Positions 28,013-35,733 of a stretch of 64,000 bases of DNA are shown here, in pieces. The notes under the pieces were generated by a model, which was not told the origin of the DNA, searched no databases, and saw only the letters and a program-made list of their open reading frames with translations. The translations under genes and the position numbers were made by a program. The first letter of the stretch is position 1; every line of letters starts with the position of its first letter. Source of the DNA: a virus (taxonomy: Duplodnaviria > Heunggongvirae > Uroviricota > Caudoviricetes); IMG/VR virus record IMGVR_UViG_3300049460_000121, positions 75,468 to 139,467 of that record, one strand, 5' to 3'.

Positions 28013-29029
28013 TCACTCGAAGACCAGACCGGTAGCGTGGGTGACGGTTTTGGCGTCACTCAGCTTGGTGGTGGCTTGCTGGTTTTGCTTCTGCAAGGCA
28101 ACAGTGCTCTTCAGGGTGTTCAGGCGATCGAACAGGCCGGACAGGTTGTCCACCGAGACGGTGTAGAAGAAGTTGTTCTTGCTGTTGGCATCGGCCGGCA
28201 GGTAGCCAGTCTTGTCGTAGTCGGCGTCGATCTGAGGACCAACCTGATCTTCGCCGGTCAGCAGCGAGATGTACGCGATCGGACGGGCCGAGGCTTTCTG
28301 GATGTCTTCAGTCTTGGTGAACACGTCCAGCATGGCCAGACCTGGCTTGTTGTGGCTGACCAGGTGGAAGTCGAACATGTTCTGGATGTCGGCGCTGTCC
28401 AGAGCTTTGTTACGGCCAGAGGCCAACATGCCCAGCGAGCCCAGGACGAACTTCGGCACCAGGTTGTTGTCGATGATCGATTTGGTTGGACTGTTTTCGG
28501 CGTAGAACATAACGATCGGACGACCAACGCGTGCAACGGCTTGTTCCAGACCAGTCAGAGTGCCGATGGTGTTGGTGGTACGCTTCAGGGTTTCGTGGGA
28601 ACCGATGATGATCGCCACCGCCATCTTGCCCTGTTTCAGCAGTTCTTCCAGGATCAGAGGACCTGCAACGGAACCCGAACCACCGGATGCCGAGAACAGA
28701 ACCACGTTGAAGTCCTTCGGTTCGTGCGCCAGCAGGATTTGTGGCAGGACGCCCATGATCGCTTCGGCGTTCTTCGGGCGGTTGGAACCGGAACCATCCA
28801 GACCCTTCAGGGTGAAGGTGTGTTTGGACGGGACGTTGTGCAGGTTGGCGAACGAGGTGTCGATGTACGCGAAGTGCTCGCTGGCATTTTGCTCGTCAGC
28901 AGTCAGGACCAGATCTTCACGATGGCTGCGCAACAGGTTTATACCGGTCCCACCACAACTGTAAAACATAATGCTGCGAGTTTTCGGTTTGATCAAGTCG
29001 GCGTTGATTTGCTCGTTTACTGCGTTCAT
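28013..29029 (-). CDS. phuZ: Phage tubulin PhuZ
   Basis: CGGTGIN, YIDTS, GSGSNR, SASGGSGS tubulin signature, LDSADI T7 loop, C-terminal GLVFE knuckle. Confidence 0.95.
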   Translation of the reverse strand: MNAVNEQINADLIKPKTRSIMFYSCGGTGINLLRSHREDLVLTADEQNASEHFAYIDTSFANLHNVPSKHTFTLKGLDGSGSNRPKNAEAIMGVLPQILLAHEPKDFNVVLFSASGGSGSVAGPLILEELLKQGKMAVAIIIGSHETLKRTTNTIGTLTGLEQAVARVGRPIVMFYAENSPTKSIIDNNLVPKFVLGSLGMLASGRNKALDSADIQNMFDFHLVSHNKPGLAMLDVFTKTEDIQKASARPIAYISLLTGEDQVGPQIDADYDKTGYLPADANSKNNFFYTVSVDNLSGLFDRLNTLKSTVALQKQNQQATTKLSDAKTVTHATGLVFE

Positions 29030-29093
29030 GTAAAGCTCCACTATTTAATTGGCGGGATCTGATATGAAGATCCCAGGAAAAGAGGTTATTGCA

Positions 29094-29933
29094 ATGGATC
29101 CCGTGTCGACGGCAATAAATAACATCAAGTTTGAGGTCCCGCGTGAGATCCTGAACCAAGCGTTCATGCCCAAGCGTTATGACCCCACTCGACGTGTCCG
29201 GTATCAAGACAACGTTTTCGCAGCGTCCATCGATGAACTCATCCGCACCATCGTAGTTGAAGGTCGGGTGGCTATCGATGTCAACCTGTTGTCTGGCACC
29301 GAAATGGTTCTCCCACTACAAGCCGCGGTGATGGAACACATCGACCCTTGGAACGTCATCTACCGGTTTGGTAGCGATGTCACCAACGGCCGGCGTATCA
29401 CAGCGGTCTATGAAGTGTTGTACGGTATTACTCAGGGACTCAATGGCAACAACGTCTCTGGATTGACCATGCAGCGCAGCAGCCAAATGCTCAAGGTCGG
29501 TCGGGACATCCTCAACGCCTCGGTTGGCGTGAATACCGCCTCCACCTCTTACTGTCAGTTGGTTGGTCAGAACACCGTGTTGGTGAATGACGTAAACCAG
29601 ATGATCGCTTATGGTGGTTTGCGTTGCCGGTTGTCCCACGAACTGAACTTCAACGACATCAAACCGGTCTACTACCACGCGTTTGGCGAACTGGTGACGT
29701 TGGCCACGAAAGCCTACATCTACAACACCTTGGTTATCGACCTCGATGAGGGCGCTATCAAAGGCGGTGCATCCCTGGGCCGCATCCGTGAGATGGTTGA
29801 CCAGTACGCCGACGCGAACCAGATGTACAAAGAGTACCTGAACACCAAGTGGCAACGAATCGGCATGATGAACGATACCGAAGCGTACCGCAAAGTGATG
29901 AAGCTTGCTCTAGGCGCCAGGCCTAAGTTCTAA
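29094..29933 (+). CDS. Conserved probable virion (neck/head completion) protein
   Basis: SD GAGG, late-type TATG at 29063; LATKAYIYNTLVIDLD..GG..LG motif. Confidence 0.65.
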   Translation: MDPVSTAINNIKFEVPREILNQAFMPKRYDPTRRVRYQDNVFAASIDELIRTIVVEGRVAIDVNLLSGTEMVLPLQAAVMEHIDPWNVIYRFGSDVTNGRRITAVYEVLYGITQGLNGNNVSGLTMQRSSQMLKVGRDILNASVGVNTASTSYCQLVGQNTVLVNDVNQMIAYGGLRCRLSHELNFNDIKPVYYHAFGELVTLATKAYIYNTLVIDLDEGAIKGGASLGRIREMVDQYADANQMYKEYLNTKWQRIGMMNDTEAYRKVMKLALGARPKF

Positions 29934-29963
29934 TACCTCCGCATTATCAATCGCTTACACCTT

Positions 29964-29988
29964 GATAATGTACGACTGTATTAGTTTT
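29964..29988 (-). promoter_or_regulatory. Early-type promoter firing leftward toward phuZ
   Basis: Minus strand AAAACTAATACAGTCGTACATTATC. Confidence 0.6.
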
Positions 29989-30541
29989 GCGGTTTACGCG
30001 TGATGAATACACGACCTTGTTGGAGGGTGACGGTGTCGCCTTCCATCAGGGAGGTGTTTATGCCCAAACTGTCAATGCGTAGGTCGCGCTTGACGATACC
30101 CAGAGGAATATCGCCAATAGGCAGGTCAGGCACCGGTGCGGATTCTAGGGTCAGGACGTGACTAATACCCTGTTCGTTCAGGACGTTAATGATCTCGACC
30201 AGTTTCGGGCAGCTAAAGCCGTAAGGTGGAATAACTGCTTCGATGGTAGACTTGGCACGGTCCCAGTATTCAGTGATGGCTTCGGCGAACATGCGACCGA
30301 TCTCATCTTGCAGTGCTTCGCAGTCCACGTCTTTCAGGTAGGACAATGCACCCCAGCCGCGTATACGAGCACAGCGCTCCGAAGCCTGATCCAGATCAGC
30401 AAACATCTGAGTACCATTCGTAGACGGATCACCTTTGGCCCAGACGTAGCCGCCCATGCTATCGAAGTGGAACGGTCCCTTGTAGAAGCTCAGGCCAATC
30501 GCCCGAAGTTCTGGGTTTACTGCGTTTTCTTTCTTAGCCAT
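29981..30541 (-). CDS. Hypothetical protein (PF..GGYVW..IRGWG..QD phage domain)
   Basis: SD GGAG, ATG 30541. Confidence 0.7.
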   Translation of the reverse strand: MAKKENAVNPELRAIGLSFYKGPFHFDSMGGYVWAKGDPSTNGTQMFADLDQASERCARIRGWGALSYLKDVDCEALQDEIGRMFAEAITEYWDRAKSTIEAVIPPYGFSCPKLVEIINVLNEQGISHVLTLESAPVPDLPIGDIPLGIVKRDLRIDSLGINTSLMEGDTVTLQQGRVFITRKPQN

Positions 30542-30598
30542 GCGTGACTCCAACGGCAGAGGGGTGTTTTACGTACGATACCTCTGCCGTGTAAGTTT

Positions 30599-31138
30599 TT
30601 ACGCCCGGAGCAACACCAGCAGTTCGTCGGTGGTGGTCGCGACCTTATAGCCCTCAGTGGAGAGGTACTCTTTGGTGCTACCGAACTCATCGTCTTCAGC
30701 GAGGTAGAGTACATCCGCCTCAGGATCGACGACATCGTTAGGTGTCATGATGGACACCGTCTGAGCCGGTGTCTGGGTAACCGAATCTGCCAGATGTACA
30801 CCGTTGACCACGAGGTTCTGCTCAGCAGGCAGTTGACCGTTACCGACCGCATTTTGCAGGGCGATAGGATCGTGGCCAGAAGATTCCAGGCTAGGCTTGA
30901 CCGCAGGGGTAGGACCATCCTCTTCCCCGATGTCCAGCGTACCGTCACCTTTGATCAGGTAACCGGAGGCTTGCAGTGCCTTACGGACTTCTTCCTTGAC
31001 TGGAACGATCTTGCCCAGTACCGGATCTTCAGTGGTCTTAAGGTCGATCATCGAGCCACCGCTCGAGCGCATACCTGGTTCAGTGGCAGACTTCAGGGAT
31101 TCGAAACTCCCCTTGAGTAGTTCAGCATAATAGGACAT
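30599..31138 (-). CDS. Probable processed head protein
   Basis: Several S-X-E prohead protease sites (SFES, SLES, STEG). Confidence 0.55.
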   Translation of the reverse strand: MSYYAELLKGSFESLKSATEPGMRSSGGSMIDLKTTEDPVLGKIVPVKEEVRKALQASGYLIKGDGTLDIGEEDGPTPAVKPSLESSGHDPIALQNAVGNGQLPAEQNLVVNGVHLADSVTQTPAQTVSIMTPNDVVDPEADVLYLAEDDEFGSTKEYLSTEGYKVATTTDELLVLLRA

Positions 31139-31499
31139 GAATAGACCCTTGAGTCAGTGAGTTATGAATTCGTACGGTTTACCACCGCACTCATCTTATT
31201 CCAATCTATAAAGAGCATAGAGTCTGGGCCTACTACCCAGACTCTCTTACGGCTAAATAGAATTTAAGTATTCTGTAATATTTTACAACCCTATTAGCGC
31301 CTGCGGCGCTATATAGATAATCTAGTCTAACGGCGTTCGCTACGCTCTCTGGCCAGACTAGATTGAGTTATGCCTCATCCACTCCATCCCCCGGTATATC
31401 CTCATCGCTTCGCTCGAGTCTATACCACCCCCTTCCTCGCCTTCTCCAGGTTGAAAAGAGGTGAAACATACTATCTAGCCAACCGTGTCATTATTTACA
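31139..31499. other. Non-coding hairpin cluster, candidate replication origin / ssDNA structural element
   Basis: Four inverted repeats, GNA triloops on the minus strand, AT-rich tract, dyad TGTAATATTTTACA. Confidence 0.45.
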
Positions 31500-31542
31500 C
31501 AAAAAAAAGAAAGACAGGAGAGGGGTTGGCCCTCCCCTCCTG
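31500..31542 (-). terminator. Intrinsic terminator
   Basis: CAGGAGAGG..CCCTCCTG hairpin with adjacent A8 tract. Confidence 0.75.
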
Positions 31543-31555
31543 CCCTGCCTAGCCC

Positions 31556-32245
31556 TTAACGGGCTCGACGCGAGTTCCGCTCATCGCGCTCGTGACGTGG
31601 CGACACGCGTTGCATGTCCTCACGAGAGCTGTTGCGGTGAAGTGCTGGCATCCAACGTTCGCCCCGCGAAGGGCTGTCGTTGCGGTGATCGCCGTAGACG
31701 GCTTCGATGGCCAGTTCTTTGATCTGTTGCGGAGTGGCCTGGATGTTGCCGCCGAGACGACTGATCAGACCTTCAGTGAGGATTTCTTCCTGACCTTCCA
31801 GCGCGTACCAGACACCGAGGTCCAGCAGACCGCCGATGTCGTCATTCTGACCGTCTTCGATCAGCAGAGGACGCAGACGCGACGCGTAGAAGTCCAAGAA
31901 GTAGGAAACCTCCACTTCATCGATGTCGCGGATGGCGTGAAGTACCGTCTGCATCTGGAAGATGTCGAAGATCAGGGCGTGAGCCATGTTCTCCAAGAAC
32001 ACCTTCCGGACGCCAGCCACTTCCACGAATGTGGTGAAGGTGGACTCAGCCTGAGGTTGTTCGGCCGCAGTCCGGCTACGGACACCGAGGACGCGCTCAC
32101 CCAGACTGGCATCAGCACCAGGCTTGGCGGCCGCTTTATCGGCAGCCGATTTTGGACCAGGTTTAGCGCCTGGCTTAGGGCCTGGCTTGACGCGTTCTTT
32201 TGCGTCAGCAGCTTTAGCAGGTGTAGCGGTTGTCTTGCCAGCCAT
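31556..32245 (-). CDS. Hypothetical protein with KPG(P/A) N-terminal repeats and R/D-rich tail
   Basis: 229 aa, SD AAGGAG. Confidence 0.75.
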   Translation of the reverse strand: MAGKTTATPAKAADAKERVKPGPKPGAKPGPKSAADKAAAKPGADASLGERVLGVRSRTAAEQPQAESTFTTFVEVAGVRKVFLENMAHALIFDIFQMQTVLHAIRDIDEVEVSYFLDFYASRLRPLLIEDGQNDDIGGLLDLGVWYALEGQEEILTEGLISRLGGNIQATPQQIKELAIEAVYGDHRNDSPSRGERWMPALHRNSSREDMQRVSPRHERDERNSRRAR

Positions 32246-32254
32246 GACGGCTCC

Positions 32255-32737
32255 TTAGATTTTCACAGTGTCGCGGTTATCGAGGACGTCGGCAATCTGC
32301 TCGACAGTAACGCCCAGTCGCTGAGACAGGGATTGGATATCTTCGCCGGCATCTTCTGCCAAACGCACCAGATCTTCGAAGGACGCGCCTTCGAGCAGGC
32401 TAGCACGGTACTTCTCAACTTCGGCCTTGCACAGGACAAAGCCTTGAGCCCAGTCCTTATTGTCCAGCACGCTCATCAGGCGCGATTGCGCGCGCATCAG
32501 AGGAACGTTGTCCAGGACTACGTCCAGAGCTGCCTGACGTGCACGCAGGGCCAGATGGATGTCTGACTGGGTGACGCCAGTGGCGGTGCCTGTGTCCAGG
32601 GATTGATCGCCGTTGTTGCGGCGGTCACCTTCGTTGTTTTGCTGATCTACTTCGAAAGTCATGGCTGGTTTCTCCGCCGATGGTTGTTGAGTTGGTGGTG
32701 TGTAGGGCCGTTGTGGCTGCCCATGAAATTTCTTCAT
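32255..32737 (-). CDS. Hypothetical protein (160 aa)
   Basis: SD GGGAG, phage-type codon bias. Confidence 0.7.
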   Translation of the reverse strand: MKKFHGQPQRPYTPPTQQPSAEKPAMTFEVDQQNNEGDRRNNGDQSLDTGTATGVTQSDIHLALRARQAALDVVLDNVPLMRAQSRLMSVLDNKDWAQGFVLCKAEVEKYRASLLEGASFEDLVRLAEDAGEDIQSLSQRLGVTVEQIADVLDNRDTVKI

Positions 32738-32850
32738 ACTCTCGCTCCCTTGCCGTCAGGCATGGTTGATGCTTTACTTCGACCACGCCCAGCGTACTGA
32801 GCCGAAGAGGACGCAGCACAAAGGCAGAGGCTTTCACCCCCGCCTAAGTA

Positions 32851-33318
32851 CTATTGTTGGATAGCGTGGAACTGGTCGATGGGTTGGATATCCCAGAACA
32901 TACCTTCCCAGCTGAACGGCTTCGCAGGATACTCTTCACCGGTCAAGAAGACCAGCAGCTTGATGACGCCCGACTTGGTCGAGACTTCGTCGTGGAACTC
33001 ATCCAGGGAGAGCTCAGGACGGTAGTTCTCATGAACCTGGAGCATCATGGCTACGAAAGTACCACTTTCCATTTCGAGGCTGTAATGATGATCCGGCATG
33101 TACGCGAGAATGCGGAGATACTCCAGACAGCTCTCGGTAGACGACCAGCGTTTGGTCGGTGGGTAGGACATCCCGACGACAACGCGCGGAGCAGGGACAT
33201 CTTCGTTCATTGCAACAAGCCGCTGGCTCAGTTCTTCATCGCACATGAGGTTATCCAGGGAATGGTGTTTCAGAACGTGAGCGAACGCGCTTCGTTGGGC
33301 TACTTGAGTCTGATGCAT
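32851..33318 (-). CDS. Hypothetical protein
   Basis: GGAGG SD, ATG 33318. Confidence 0.7.
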   Translation of the reverse strand: MHQTQVAQRSAFAHVLKHHSLDNLMCDEELSQRLVAMNEDVPAPRVVVGMSYPPTKRWSSTESCLEYLRILAYMPDHHYSLEMESGTFVAMMLQVHENYRPELSLDEFHDEVSTKSGVIKLLVFLTGEEYPAKPFSWEGMFWDIQPIDQFHAIQQ

Positions 33319-33336
33319 GGTTACCTCCACGGTAAA

Positions 33337-33519
33337 TCAAACTAATGATGTGGTTTTTGCTGCGGCGAGCTTTTCGATATCGTCGCGGCGATCTTGATAA
33401 TGGTTTCGGCAGAGATGAAATGTCTCCGTTGGGATAGTTACCCTAACGGTAGCGAATGAGCAGCAATCTTCGCATTCAATGCCTTGGCCGGTACTAAGGG
33501 TTTCGGTTTTGATGGACAT
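33337..33519 (-). CDS. Small Zn-binding protein (60 aa)
   Basis: CEDC..LCRNH; SD AAGGAG; early promoter directly upstream. Confidence 0.65.
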   Translation of the reverse strand: MSIKTETLSTGQGIECEDCCSFATVRVTIPTETFHLCRNHYQDRRDDIEKLAAAKTTSLV

Positions 33520-33540
33520 CTTTCTTCTCCTTATCATGGC

Positions 33541-33562
33541 AGTAATGTACTGTCATAATTAA
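33541..33562 (-). promoter_or_regulatory. Early-type promoter
   Basis: Minus strand AATTATGACAGTACATTACT. Confidence 0.65.
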
Positions 33563-33586
33563 TTTCAATCGATTTTTGAGGTACTC

Positions 33587-34846
33587 ATGAGCAACGTCTT
33601 GCCGTTTGCAAAGGCCGGAGCGCCTTGCGTCAACAGTACCTTTGAGAAACACTGTTCTCACATCATTTTTGACGTGAAGTTTCTTACAAAGGTAAAAGTC
33701 TACGAGCAGCAGTTCGTAAACAAGAACGACACACACATCGCGTTCTTCGGCGGCAACCTCATGGGGGTTCATCCAGTTCGGTTTAAAGACGAAGATCGCA
33801 ACCGCTGGTTCAACGAAGTGATGGATGCGGACGAAGATTCGTTGGAGGATGATCTCCACGCCCTGACCGCGATCTTGCCACACCGCCACGTTTCCAGTGA
33901 CGTGATGAACCTGTCGTGTTTCTGGATGGCTCACAAGTTCCTGTCCAGTCCACACCTGACTCCTCTGCAACAGCATGAAGGGGCCATGGCCTCTATCCTG
34001 GTGGTGCAGTACAAGTTCATCACTTCGATCCTCACCGATTGGTTCCGCTACAACGCTGACCCGATTATCGCACAGGCGACCTACGCCGCCCTCAACAAGC
34101 GTTTCGGCTTGAAGGTGGCAGGTAGTTGGGGTGCCCTCCTGCGTATCCGTGCTGCGGCCGTAGTGGGTAAAGGTGAGTTACACCATAAAGAGTTGTTGTC
34201 ATTTCTTAACGACGACAAGGTTGTATATATGGTGAACGACACTCAAGGTCGTATCAAGGACATCCTGAAGAACATCCGGGACGTCTTCACCATCGTTAAG
34301 AACAGTCCTGAGATGCAGATCAGGTCCAGCAGCTCCATGATCGAGATGGATGGCGAATTGAAGGTCCGTGATAAGACCCGACTCGTGTCCACCTACATGC
34401 GTTACATTCTGGAGACCCTTCCGGATAAGAACAGCTTCATGGTGCCGGAACTCATCGATGTCATTGCCAAGACCGTCCCCACGATGCCTAAGAGCTCGTT
34501 GCAGGCGACTTTGCAGTACATGAGTGCCAACTCCTCTCCTCGTGCCGACAAAGACGTTCAGCAGCTTTGTACGGTCGTACTGCAACACGCCTTCAATTAC
34601 CTGGCTCGAAATCCTAACGTGATGGAGAACCAGAGTGACATCGGTGGGTTGCTGAAGAAGATGCGTGCTCTCTACCAGGCCAGTCGTACTACCGATCCGC
34701 AGATCATCGAGATGCGGGAACTGGCTGAAGGGATTGCCCGTCGGACTCTCAAGAGCAAGAACGGTGTCCTCATCGCAGCTGTCCGCAACGCAGTACTGCT
34801 GTACATCCTCCTCCGCACTTTCACTATGAAACACTATCGTCAATAA
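33587..34846 (+). CDS. Conserved phiKZ-like protein (probable virion-associated)
   Basis: 419 aa, SD GAGG; FFGGNLMGV, VSSDVMNLS, NDTQGRIK motifs. Confidence 0.75.
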   Translation: MSNVLPFAKAGAPCVNSTFEKHCSHIIFDVKFLTKVKVYEQQFVNKNDTHIAFFGGNLMGVHPVRFKDEDRNRWFNEVMDADEDSLEDDLHALTAILPHRHVSSDVMNLSCFWMAHKFLSSPHLTPLQQHEGAMASILVVQYKFITSILTDWFRYNADPIIAQATYAALNKRFGLKVAGSWGALLRIRAAAVVGKGELHHKELLSFLNDDKVVYMVNDTQGRIKDILKNIRDVFTIVKNSPEMQIRSSSSMIEMDGELKVRDKTRLVSTYMRYILETLPDKNSFMVPELIDVIAKTVPTMPKSSLQATLQYMSANSSPRADKDVQQLCTVVLQHAFNYLARNPNVMENQSDIGGLLKKMRALYQASRTTDPQIIEMRELAEGIARRTLKSKNGVLIAAVRNAVLLYILLRTFTMKHYRQ

Positions 34847-34858
34847 ATGGAGCGTCAC

Positions 34859-35200
34859 ATGACTCAACACTATGTCGGCCGTAAGATCGTAATGGCCTGG
34901 GAACAGGACAGTGCTGGCCAACCTGGCTTTCAGGTTAAGTATTCCAACGGTCATATTTCCTGGTCGCCGAAAGACGCGTTCGACGAATCCCACCTGGCTA
35001 TCGGTCACGTAGGTCAGTACACCTACGACCAACAGCTGATCATGGCCGACATGGTTGAGTTCCAAGCCCGTCTGGATGCGCTGCAAGGCGTTCAGGGTGA
35101 GTTGGCAGATATCGAGCGACGCGTACTCGAGCTGTACATGAACATCACCCAGAAGAAGGTTGACGCGTTCAGTAACATCGAACACGAAGTCGCCGTCTAA
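34859..35200 (+). CDS. SWSPK-domain protein fused to a helical domain; candidate anti-defence nucleotide sponge
   Basis: YVGRKIVMA..GFQVKY..G.ISWSPK..F motif plus a C-terminal helical hairpin. Confidence 0.55.
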   Translation: MTQHYVGRKIVMAWEQDSAGQPGFQVKYSNGHISWSPKDAFDESHLAIGHVGQYTYDQQLIMADMVEFQARLDALQGVQGELADIERRVLELYMNITQKKVDAFSNIEHEVAV

Positions 35201-35364
35201 TGGTCAGGCTCAGTCAGCTCGACCGTAGCAAGATCAAGCCACGTCCTCGTGAGTGGCACCTCCAACAAGTGCGGCGGTTCCAGGCGGCTCAAGAAGAGCT
35301 TGAGAAACGTTGCGCTGAGTTGGGTATCCCGGTTCCAGTCATGGTTTGCAAGGCGGTGGCGTAA
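35200..35364 (+). CDS. Hypothetical protein (54 aa; not in the ORF track)
   Basis: TAATG coupling at both ends: MVRLSQLDRSKIKPRPREWHL... Confidence 0.6.
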   Translation: MVRLSQLDRSKIKPRPREWHLQQVRRFQAAQEELEKRCAELGIPVPVMVCKAVA

Positions 35365-35687
35365 TGCATCAGTTCAGTATTCCGTTCAAACAGAAGACGG
35401 CCAACCTCATTGCTCTCGTGGGCGGTGATCATCCTGACTTCACTGACAGCATCGCTGATGTCAAACTGATTGCGGTCAAGGATGCCGAAGGTGAGTTGCT
35501 CGAAACTTCCCACATCGGTTTCAAAGGTGGTCCTATCAAACGTGAAGCCAGCGGCTACACCGTGGACGTAGGACCATTCGTGGTTCGTGTGGACTACCAG
35601 ACTGGTTTGGTAGAGATGTGGGGTGAGACCTTCCAAGACCTGACCCTGGTGCTCGGCGTTACGCTCGAGAACCTGAACCGCCGTTAA
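35364..35687 (+). CDS. Hypothetical protein (107 aa)
   Basis: ATG overlapping the previous stop. Confidence 0.65.
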   Translation: MHQFSIPFKQKTANLIALVGGDHPDFTDSIADVKLIAVKDAEGELLETSHIGFKGGPIKREASGYTVDVGPFVVRVDYQTGLVEMWGETFQDLTLVLGVTLENLNRR

Positions 35688-35694
35688 GTAAGCA

Positions 35695-35731
35695 GCATAG
35701 AGGCAGGGGCGGTAAACCCCTGCCTCTATGC
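35695..35731. terminator. Bidirectional hairpin between convergent genes
   Basis: GCATAGAGGCAGGGG-CGGTAAA-CCCCTGCCTCTATGC. Confidence 0.8.
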
Positions 35732-35733
35732 CG

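Noticed and set aside
31370-31552. 60-aa ORF in the non-coding hairpin region
   Set aside because: No SD, atypical codon use, runs through inverted repeats and a terminator
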